This document shows, one piece after another, positions 17,364 through 24,638 of a stretch of DNA of 64,000 bases. Numbering within the stretch: position 1 is the stretch's first letter; every line of letters starts with the position of its first letter. The translations under genes were made by a program, and so were the position numbers. The DNA comes from Bradyrhizobiaceae bacterium. Its GTDB lineage: Bacteria > Pseudomonadota > Alphaproteobacteria > Rhizobiales > Xanthobacteraceae. The stretch is taken from positions 8,990 through 72,989 of the forward strand of contig JBIQLW010000019.1 in the NCBI GenBank assembly GCA_044463945.1, read 5' to 3'. A model generated the notes under the pieces. That model was not told the origin of the DNA. It ran no database searches and saw nothing but the letters and a program-made list of their open reading frames with translations.

Positions 17364-19088
17364 ATGACCACCTTCGAGGGCGTTGTGGCGGCGACGCGCG
17401 AGCGGGCCGCGAATTTCCGCACCTGCCAGTTCACCGGCCTCAAGGTCGATATCGCCGCGCAGCGGCTGATTATCGCCAACGCGGTCGCGGCCGTGGTGTT
17501 TCTCGCCGTCGGCGGCCTGATGGGATTGATGGTGGCGCTGACGCGCTGGCCGGCGGTGCATCTTCTGCCCGCCGAGTGGTTCTATCTGATCCTCACCGCG
17601 CACGGCGCCAACGTGCTGTTGTTCTGGATCATCTTCTTCGAGATCGCGGTGCTCTATTTCGCCTCCGCGGTACTGCTCAATTCGCGCATCGCGGCGCCGA
17701 AAACCGGCTGGCTCGGCTTCGTGCTGATGGTGGCCGGCGCCATCATCACCAACATCGCCGTGCTGCAAGGCGAATCGACGGTGATGTTCACCTCCTATCC
17801 GCCGATGATGGCGCGGCCGCATTTCTATCTCGGCATCATCCTGTTCGCGGTCGGCGCGCTGATCGGCGTCGGGCTGTTTTTCGCGACGCTGATGATCGCC
17901 AGGGCGGAGCGTACCTACGAGGGCTCGATCCCGCTGGTCACCTTCGGCGCGCTGACGGCGGCGATCATCGCCGTGTTCACGCTGGTGTCGGGGGCGATCA
18001 TCCTGGTTCCGACCATGCTGTGGTCGATGGGGCTGATCCGCGACATCGATCCGTTGATGTACAAGCTGGTGTGGTGGGCGATGGGCCACTCCTCGCAGCA
18101 GATCAACGTCTCCGCGCACGTCTCGGTGTGGTACATGATCGGCGCGCTGGTCTTGGGAGCCAAGCCGCTGTCGGAGAAGGTCAGCCGCGGCGCGTTCTTC
18201 CTCTACATCCTGTTCCTGCAACTGGCCTCGGCGCACCATCTGCTGGCCGAGCCGGGAATCAGCGCCGAGTGGAAGATCGTCAACACCAGCTACATGATGT
18301 ATCTGGCGGTGCTCGGCTCGATGATCCACGGCCTCACGGTGCCCGGCTCGATCGAGGCAGCGCAGCGCCGCAACGGTTTCAACCGGGGCGTGTTCGAGTG
18401 GCTGCGCAAGGCGCCGTGGGGCAATCCGGCGTTCTCCGGCATGTTCCTGTCGCTGGTGATGTTCGGCTTCATCGGCGGCATCTCCGGCGTGGTGCTCGGC
18501 ACCGAGCAGCTCAACGTGCTGATGCACAACACCATCTATGTCCCCGGCCACTTCCACGGCACGGTGGTCGCCGGCACCACGCTGGCCTTCATGGCCGGCA
18601 CCTATCTGGTGCTGCCGCTGATCTTCCAGCGCGACATCATCTGGCCGGGGCTGGCGCGGATCCAGCCGTACCTGTTCGGCATCGGCGCCGCCGGCATCTC
18701 GATGTTCATGATGGGGGCGGGCACGCTCGGCGTGGCGCGGCGGCACTGGGACATCAACTTCACCGACGCGGTGATCGGCTTCCAGCATTCGCCCGGCGCG
18801 TTCCTGATGATGGGGCTGAACGGCATCAGCGCCATCCTCGCGGCGCTCGGCGGCATCCTCTACATCCTGATCGTGGTCGGCACCGCGTTGTTCGGCAAGA
18901 AGATCGTGCCGGGCCACAAGATGACCTTCCCGCTGCATTCGAGCGCCAACGTGGTGTCGAAATACGGCAGCGAAGGCACGATCAAGCTGCCCGGCACCAT
19001 CGTTCTGGTGACGATCTTCTTCCTGTCCTTCGTGCTCTATTACTTCGTCAACTGGAAGTATCTGTCCGACCTGTGGCAGTTCCGCTGA
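17364..19088 (+). CDS. Heme-copper oxidase subunit I, divergent (B-family-like); canonical cross-link Tyr position is Gln
   Basis: All six His ligands present: LTAHGANV, WWAMGHSSQQI, LASAHHLL, YVPGHFHGTV. GHSSQQ replaces GHP(E/I)VY. Confidence 0.93.
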   Translation: MTTFEGVVAATRERAANFRTCQFTGLKVDIAAQRLIIANAVAAVVFLAVGGLMGLMVALTRWPAVHLLPAEWFYLILTAHGANVLLFWIIFFEIAVLYFASAVLLNSRIAAPKTGWLGFVLMVAGAIITNIAVLQGESTVMFTSYPPMMARPHFYLGIILFAVGALIGVGLFFATLMIARAERTYEGSIPLVTFGALTAAIIAVFTLVSGAIILVPTMLWSMGLIRDIDPLMYKLVWWAMGHSSQQINVSAHVSVWYMIGALVLGAKPLSEKVSRGAFFLYILFLQLASAHHLLAEPGISAEWKIVNTSYMMYLAVLGSMIHGLTVPGSIEAAQRRNGFNRGVFEWLRKAPWGNPAFSGMFLSLVMFGFIGGISGVVLGTEQLNVLMHNTIYVPGHFHGTVVAGTTLAFMAGTYLVLPLIFQRDIIWPGLARIQPYLFGIGAAGISMFMMGAGTLGVARRHWDINFTDAVIGFQHSPGAFLMMGLNGISAILAALGGILYILIVVGTALFGKKIVPGHKMTFPLHSSANVVSKYGSEGTIKLPGTIVLVTIFFLSFVLYYFVNWKYLSDLWQFR

Positions 19089-19135
19089 GCGCGATCCGGT
19101 CATGTTGAAACCGTCGTCCCAGATGCAGCGCGCGT

Positions 19136-19172
19136 CCTCTCCCCGCCGGGGAGGGGGCCGGGGGGAGGGGGC
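19136..19172. repeat. G-run/C-run element (family E copy 2) between oxidase subunit I and ctaB::sco
   Basis: CCTCTCCCCGCCGGGGAGGGGGCCGGGGGGAGGGGGCG; four or more G-runs on the coding strand. Confidence 0.5.
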
Positions 19173-19202
19173 GCGCGCGAGCGACGAACAAGGAGGCGAG
19201 AC

Positions 19203-20861
19203 ATGCGCGCCGTGCTGACCACGACCGTATCGCTGCTCAAGCTGCGCATCGGCATCGCGATCGCCGCCAGCGCGGTCGCGGGCGCGGCGGCGGCGCAGGG
19301 CGCGGCGCGCGAGGCGTGGGAGGTGCTGGCGCTGGCGCTCGCGGTGCTCGGCGCCTCGGGCGCGGCCGGCGCGTTCAACCACTATTACGAACGCGACCTC
19401 GACCGCCACATGCGGCGCACCGAGAGCCGGCCGTTCGCCAGCGGGATGTTGCGGCCGGGCGCGGGGTGGCTCACGGCCTTCGCCGCGCTCGCGGTGCTGT
19501 CGCTGGCGCTGGCCTATGTCGTCGGCGGCGCGGTCAGCGCCGTCTACGTGCTGCTCGGCGGCCTGACCTATGGCGTGGTCTACACCGTGTGGCTCAAGCG
19601 CCGCACGCCGATGAACATCGTGGTCGGCGGGTTGTCCGGCAGCTTCGCCGTGCTGGCCGGCGCGGCGGCGGTCGATCCGATGCCGCAGACGGTGCCGGTG
19701 CTGCTGGCGCTGGTGCTGTTCCTGTGGACGCCGCCGCATTTCTGGGCGCTCGCCGCGGCGCGCCGCGACGACTACGCCAATGCCGGCTTCCCGATGCTGC
19801 CGGTGGTCGCGCCTGAGCGGGTGTGGACCACGGCGATCCTCGCCCACACCGCGGCGCTGACGGCGCTGTCGCTGGTGCCGCTATGGTTCGGCATGGGGCT
19901 GATCTACGGCATCGGTGCAGGCGCTGGCGGCGCGGTGTTCGTGTGGCGAAGCTGGCGGCTTTACCGCGCGCCGAGTCGCGCCACCGCGATGGCGACCTTC
20001 GGCGCGTCGCTGATCCACCTCACATTGCTGACGCTGGCGGTGGTGCTGGACGCGGCGGTGGTGACCAAGGCGTCGGCCACGCCGGCCGGCGGAGCGCTCG
20101 ATCCGCGCGTCGTGCTGGAGCGAAGCGAGGCGGCGATCGGCACGACGCTCGGCGATTACACGCTGCGCGATCCGCAGGGCCGCCGCATCGCGCTGGCCGA
20201 TTATCGCGGCCGCCCGCTGGTCATCAGTCTGGTCTACTCTAGTTGCAGCACCACCTGCCCGGTGACGACGCAGCATCTCATCGACGCGGTGGCGCAGGCG
20301 CGCCAGAGTCTCGGGGCCGACCGCTTCGCGGTGCTGACCATCGGCTTCGACGCGCGCCGCGACAGCCCGCAGCGCATGGCGGCGTTCGCCGGCCGGCAGG
20401 GCATTCCGGCCAGCGGCTGGGACGTCGCCTCCGGCGACGAGGCGACGCTGGCGGCGCTGATGCGGGATCTCGGCTTCGGCTATCAGGCGGTCGCCGGCGG
20501 TTTCGATCACATCGCCCAGACCACGATCATCGACGCCGGAGGGCGAGTCTACCGTCAGGTCTACGGCGACGACTTCCCGCTGCCGGTGTTCATCGAGCCC
20601 TTGAAGGAAGCAGTGTTCGGCATCACCACCCGCGCGCTGACCGTCTCGGCGCTGATCGACCGCTTAAGTTTCCTCTGCACCGTCTACGATCCCGGACAGG
20701 GCCGCTACCGCACCAGCTACGCCATCGCGCTCGGCATCGGCATCGGCGCCCTGTCGCTGCTGATCGCCGGCATCGTCTTCGTCCGCGCCTGGATGCGCAA
20801 CCGCCGGCTGGAAGCGTTGCGCCGGGTTCCGCCGCCGCGGCTGCTCGGACGACAGACATGA
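19203..20861 (+). CDS. ctaB: Fusion protein: heme O synthase (protoheme IX farnesyltransferase, UbiA family) + SCO1/SenC copper chaperone domain + C-terminal TM
   Basis: FNHYYERDLDRHMRRTESRPFASG (CtaB/CyoE motif) and multiple TMs. Then RPLVISLVYSSCSTTCPVTTQHL (CxxxC) ... GGFDHIAQTTIID (Sco His), then TM AIALGIGIGALSLLIAGIVFV. Confidence 0.9.
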   Translation: MRAVLTTTVSLLKLRIGIAIAASAVAGAAAAQGAAREAWEVLALALAVLGASGAAGAFNHYYERDLDRHMRRTESRPFASGMLRPGAGWLTAFAALAVLSLALAYVVGGAVSAVYVLLGGLTYGVVYTVWLKRRTPMNIVVGGLSGSFAVLAGAAAVDPMPQTVPVLLALVLFLWTPPHFWALAAARRDDYANAGFPMLPVVAPERVWTTAILAHTAALTALSLVPLWFGMGLIYGIGAGAGGAVFVWRSWRLYRAPSRATAMATFGASLIHLTLLTLAVVLDAAVVTKASATPAGGALDPRVVLERSEAAIGTTLGDYTLRDPQGRRIALADYRGRPLVISLVYSSCSTTCPVTTQHLIDAVAQARQSLGADRFAVLTIGFDARRDSPQRMAAFAGRQGIPASGWDVASGDEATLAALMRDLGFGYQAVAGGFDHIAQTTIIDAGGRVYRQVYGDDFPLPVFIEPLKEAVFGITTRALTVSALIDRLSFLCTVYDPGQGRYRTSYAIALGIGIGALSLLIAGIVFVRAWMRNRRLEALRRVPPPRLLGRQT

Positions 20862-22426
20862 TCGCCCTGGTGCGCCGGGGCATCGCGCGCGGATTCGACG
20901 CCGCCGAGCGCGGCCTCAACCGTCTCGCCGGTCCGGCGCTCAACCCGCTGGCGCAACTCGGCGCGCTCGGCTTCTTCCTGTTCTGGATCGTCGCGGTCAG
21001 CGGCATCTACCTGTTCATGCTGTTCGACACCGGCGTCGAGAACGCCTACGCGTCGGTCGAGTGGTACTCGACGCGCCACGCCTGGCACGCCGGCGTGATG
21101 CGCAGCTTCCACCGCTACGCCTCCGACATGATGGTCGTGGTGATGGCGCTGCATCTCTTGCGGGAGTTCGCGCGCGACCGCTATCGCGGGGCCCGCTGGT
21201 TCTCGTGGTTCACCGGCGTGCCGGTGATCTGGTTCCTCTACATGTCGGGCATCACTGGCTACTGGCTGGTGTGGGACCAGTTGGCGCAATACATCGCCAC
21301 CACCTCGACCGAACTGCTCGACTGGCTGCCGATCTTCGGCGAGCCGATCGCCCGCAATTTCCTGGCGCCGTCGAGCCTGTCGAACCGCTTCTTCACGCTG
21401 CTGGTGTTTTTGCACATCGCGGTGCCGCTGGTGCTGCTGTTTACGCTGTGGATCCATATCCAGCGCATCACCCGGCCCAAGGTGAACCCGCCGCGCACGC
21501 TCGCGGCGCTGACCATGCTGGCGCTGCTCGCGGTGTCGATCGTCAAGCCGGCGCTGAGTCAGGGCGCGGCGGACCTTGCGAAAGTGCCGAGCCCGGTCGG
21601 GCTCGACTGGTTCTATCTGCCGCTCTATCCGCTGGCCGACGATTCGCCCGGCGCGCTGTGGGGGCTGCTCGCGGCGGCGACCGTGATGCTGGCGGCGATG
21701 CCGTGGCTGCCGCCGCTGCGGCGGATGAAGCCGGCGACCGTCGATCTGGATCATTGCAACGGCTGCGGCCGCTGCGTCGAGGACTGCCCCTACGAGGCTC
21801 TGCAACTGGTGCCGCGCACCGACGACCTGCCCTATGAGCTTGAGGTCGCGGTCAATGCCGACAAATGCGTGAGCTGCGGCATCTGCACCGGCTCGTGCCC
21901 GTCCTCGACGCCGTTCCGCAGCGTCGGCCCGCTCGATACCGGCATCGACCTGCCGGACGTCACCTTCGCCTCGATGGGCGAGCGGCTCCATGAACTGGCC
22001 GCGCGGGACGCGCCGTCGCCGCGTTTGCTGGTGATCGGCTGCTGGCACGGCGCGGCCGGGGCGCGCGACGAAAGCACCCTGTCGCTGCCGTGCGTATCCG
22101 CCGCCCCGCCGTCGCTGATCGATTACGCGCTGAGCCGCGGTCTGGCCGATGGCGTCGTCATCGCCGGCTGCTCCGAGAGCGCCTGCTACAACCGGCTCGG
22201 CGTCGCGTGGATGCAGCAGCGCATCGCCGGCGAGCGCGACCCGTATCTGCGGGCGCGGGTGCCGCGCGATCGTATCCTCGAGGTGTGGGCCTCGCCGACC
22301 GAGGGCGCGCGGCTGACGCGCGAGATCGACGCCTTCAGAGCGCGGCTCGCCGCGCTTGCCGAGGAGCCGCCGCCACCACAGCAGGTTACCGGGACGCCGG
22401 CGAGCGTCAGGGAGGCGGCATCGTGA
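20858..22426 (+). CDS. Fusion protein: diheme cytochrome b (6 TM) + 2x[4Fe-4S] ferredoxin + MvhD/FlpD-like hydrogenase iron-sulfur domain
   Basis: ATGA overlap with the ctaB::sco stop. Two H-x13-H pairs (FHRYASDMMVVVMALH; LHIAVPLVLLFTLWIH). CNGCGRCVEDCP and CVSCGICTGSCP. C-terminal LLVIGCWHG...LPCVSAAPPSLIDYALSRGLADGVVIAGCSESACYN. Confidence 0.85.
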   Translation: MIALVRRGIARGFDAAERGLNRLAGPALNPLAQLGALGFFLFWIVAVSGIYLFMLFDTGVENAYASVEWYSTRHAWHAGVMRSFHRYASDMMVVVMALHLLREFARDRYRGARWFSWFTGVPVIWFLYMSGITGYWLVWDQLAQYIATTSTELLDWLPIFGEPIARNFLAPSSLSNRFFTLLVFLHIAVPLVLLFTLWIHIQRITRPKVNPPRTLAALTMLALLAVSIVKPALSQGAADLAKVPSPVGLDWFYLPLYPLADDSPGALWGLLAAATVMLAAMPWLPPLRRMKPATVDLDHCNGCGRCVEDCPYEALQLVPRTDDLPYELEVAVNADKCVSCGICTGSCPSSTPFRSVGPLDTGIDLPDVTFASMGERLHELAARDAPSPRLLVIGCWHGAAGARDESTLSLPCVSAAPPSLIDYALSRGLADGVVIAGCSESACYNRLGVAWMQQRIAGERDPYLRARVPRDRILEVWASPTEGARLTREIDAFRARLAALAEEPPPPQQVTGTPASVREAAS

Positions 22427-22935
22427 GCGCGCCGGTGTCAGTGCCGCGGCTGGCCGGGCTGTTCGTCGTGCTGGCGGCGGTGACGGCGTTCGCCGCCGCC
22501 TTCTCCAATGCGCCGGCCTACCGGCAGATTCCCGCCGATACCGGCGTCATCAAGTTCAGCTTCAGCCACAGCGCCGACCGCGCGCGGGAGTGCCGCCGCC
22601 GCACCCCGGAGGAGCTGGCGAAGCTGCCGCCCAACATGCGCCGGCCGCTCGATTGCCCGCGTACCCGGCGCGGCATTTTCGCCGAGCTTGCGATCGACGA
22701 CGTCGTGGTGTTCAGCGCGGAATTGCCGCCGTCCGGCTTCGCCAAGGACGGCCCCTCGCAGATTTATCGCCGCTTCACGGTGGCGGCCGGCTCCCACACC
22801 GTGGCGGCGCGCTTGCGCGATACGCCGCGCGAGAGCGGCTTCGACCATGAGCGCATCGAGACGGTGACGGTCAAGCCGGGGCAGAGCCTGGCGCTCGATT
22901 TCCGCCCCGAGCACGGCGGCTTCATCTGGCGTTAA
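22423..22935 (+). CDS. Membrane-anchored hypothetical protein, last gene of the oxidase cluster
   Basis: GTG 22423 overlapping the previous stop, GGAGG RBS, N-terminal anchor LAGLFVVLAAVTAFAAAF, no recognisable domain. Confidence 0.55.
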   Translation: MSAPVSVPRLAGLFVVLAAVTAFAAAFSNAPAYRQIPADTGVIKFSFSHSADRARECRRRTPEELAKLPPNMRRPLDCPRTRRGIFAELAIDDVVVFSAELPPSGFAKDGPSQIYRRFTVAAGSHTVAARLRDTPRESGFDHERIETVTVKPGQSLALDFRPEHGGFIWR

Positions 22936-22970
22936 CGGGAGAACCACGGGAGGCAGCGCGTTCGCCTTAT

Positions 22971-22984
22971 TTGACATGGCGCAA
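22971..22984. promoter_or_regulatory. Crp/Fnr (FixK-type) box upstream of the cluster-linked Crp/Fnr regulator
   Basis: TTGAC-ATGG-CGCAA (one mismatch to TTGAY-N4-RTCAA), centred 67 bp upstream of ATG 23045. Confidence 0.35.
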
Positions 22985-23044
22985 TGCCGGCGCGGCGAGG
23001 CCGTGCTTGGCTGGCGCATTGCTGCTGCCTGCCGGGAGCCCGTC

Positions 23045-23827
23045 ATGACCCCCGCCGACTGGTCGATCGTCAACCGCGTTCCCGTGTTCCGCTCGATGGG
23101 CGAGGCGCTGAGCCATCGCATCGTCCGCAACTATGCGCGCGGCGAGTTGCTGTTTCAGCAGGGTGATCCGGCGACCTGCTGCTTCCTGGTGCTCGACGGC
23201 TGGGTCAAGCTCTACCGGCAGACGGCGGACGGCGACGAGGTGGTGGTGTCGCTGTTCACCGCCGGCGAAAGCTTCGCCGAAGCGATGATGTTTCGCGGCG
23301 GCCGCTACCCTGCGACGGCGGAGGCGGTGACCTCGGTGCGGCTCCTGCACATCGACGGCCAGTTGCTGCGCGACGCCATCCTGCGCGATCCGCAGCTTTC
23401 GTTCGACATGCTGGCGGCATCGTCGCTGCACCTGCGGCGGCTGGTCGAGCAGGTCGAGCAGTTGAAAGCGCAATCGGCGCCCAAGCGCATCGCCAGCTTC
23501 CTGCTCTCGCTCACCGCCGCCCGTCGCGGCCCGGCGCGGATCGAACTGCCTTACGAGAAGCTGCTGATCGCCAACCGCCTCGGCATGAAGCCCGAGAGCT
23601 TTTCGCGGGCGCTGCGGCAGCTTCGCGCCGTCGGCGTCTTCGTCGAGCGCGAGTTCGTTCGCATCGATGACGTCGGCCGCCTATCCGGCTTTGTCGAAGG
23701 CGGCGAGCCGGACGGCGTGCCGTGCCCGATGATCCGCACCCCGGCGCAATGCGGCAGCTTCGGCGCCGGCTGCATCGAGGCCGCCTATCGCGCGCCGCTG
23801 CGCGCCCCGCGCCGCTCGCGCGCGTGA
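23045..23827 (+). CDS. Crp/Fnr-family transcriptional regulator with a Cys-containing C-terminal extension
   Basis: cNMP-binding-like beta-roll (LFQQGDPATCCFLVLDGWVKLYR), HTH LIANRLGMKPESFSRALRQL. Tail ...GVPCPMIRTPAQCGSFGAGCIEAAY. Start 23045 preferred over 22976, which overlaps the box. Confidence 0.88.
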   Translation: MTPADWSIVNRVPVFRSMGEALSHRIVRNYARGELLFQQGDPATCCFLVLDGWVKLYRQTADGDEVVVSLFTAGESFAEAMMFRGGRYPATAEAVTSVRLLHIDGQLLRDAILRDPQLSFDMLAASSLHLRRLVEQVEQLKAQSAPKRIASFLLSLTAARRGPARIELPYEKLLIANRLGMKPESFSRALRQLRAVGVFVEREFVRIDDVGRLSGFVEGGEPDGVPCPMIRTPAQCGSFGAGCIEAAYRAPLRAPRRSRA

Positions 23828-23844
23828 CAGGCGGGAAGTCCCTC

Positions 23845-23977
23845 GTGTCCCGGATGCGATGCGGCGCAAGCGTCAGCGCCGTGCCGCTTCGCTGATCCGG
23901 GACCGTTACGCAGGATGCCGTTGGTACGGTCCCGGTTCTGCGGCGCAGCGTTACACGCCGCACCGCGCCCGGGACAC
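23845..23977. repeat. REP family A copy 1 (~130-bp palindromic element)
   Basis: GTGTCCCGGATGCG...GCTGATCCGGGACCGT...ACGGTCCCGGTTCTGCGGCGCAGCGTTACACGCCGCACCGCGCCCGGGACAC; second copy at 57546-57673. Confidence 0.7.
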
Positions 23978-24014
23978 GGACCGGTTGTTTATCTTCGCGA
24001 GAACGATGCCCCGT

Positions 24015-24638
24015 TCAGGCTTGATCCTTCAGCGCGCCGCCGCGCAGCGCCAGCCGGATCAGTTCGGACAGGCTGTGCGCCTGCATCTTGGTCATGACGT
24101 TGGCGCGATAGACCTCGATGGTCCGCGGGCTGATGTCGTGCTCGCGCGCGATCTGCTTGTTGGAGAGGCCGGCGATCAACCCGTCCATCACCTGCCGCTC
24201 GCGCGGGCTGAGGCTGGCCAGCCGCGCGGCGATGTCCTGCGCGGCCGCCTCGCTGCGCAGCCGGTCGTCGGCCTGCCTGAGCGCGGTGTCGATGGTCCCG
24301 ATCAGGCGCTCGTCCTCGAACGGCTTTTCGACGAAATCGAACGCGCCGAGCTTCATCGCCTCGACCGCCAGCGGAATGTCGCCGTGGCCGGTCATGATGA
24401 TGACCGGAAGCGTCGAGGCTTCGTTGCGAAGGCGGCGCAGCAGCGTCATGCCGTCGATGCCCGGCATCCGCACGTCCGACACCACGCAGCCGAAGGGCAG
24501 CGTCGCATGAACGTCGAGGAAGCTCGCGGCGCTGTCGAACAGCGCGACGTCGAAGCCCGCCGCGCCGAGCAGGAAGTCGAGCGAATCCCGCATCGCGGGA
24601 TCGTCGTCGATGACGTAGACGCTGGCGTTACGCGACAT
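24015..24638 (-). CDS. fixJ: Two-component response regulator FixJ
   Basis: [14 protein letters not shown]...[10 protein letters not shown] receiver plus LuxR-type [25 protein letters not shown]; overlaps the fixL stop. Confidence 0.95.
   Translation of the reverse strand: MSRNASVYVIDDDPAMRDSLDFLLGAAGFDVALFDSAASFLDVHATLPFGCVVSDVRMPGIDGMTLLRRLRNEASTLPVIIMTGHGDIPLAVEAMKLGAFDFVEKPFEDERLIGTIDTALRQADDRLRSEAAAQDIAARLASLSPRERQVMDGLIAGLSNKQIAREHDISPRTIEVYRANVMTKMQAHSLSELIRLALRGGALKDQA

Noticed and set aside
17328-19847. 839-aa minus-strand ORF
   Set aside because: Antisense shadow of oxidase subunit I and ctaB::sco.
20243-20857. N-terminal 205 codons of the 727-aa track ORF 20243-22426
   Set aside because: An out-of-frame overlap with the SCO domain coding region, Arg/Gly/Pro-rich. 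The cytochrome b domain begins at the ATGA-coupled ATG 20858.
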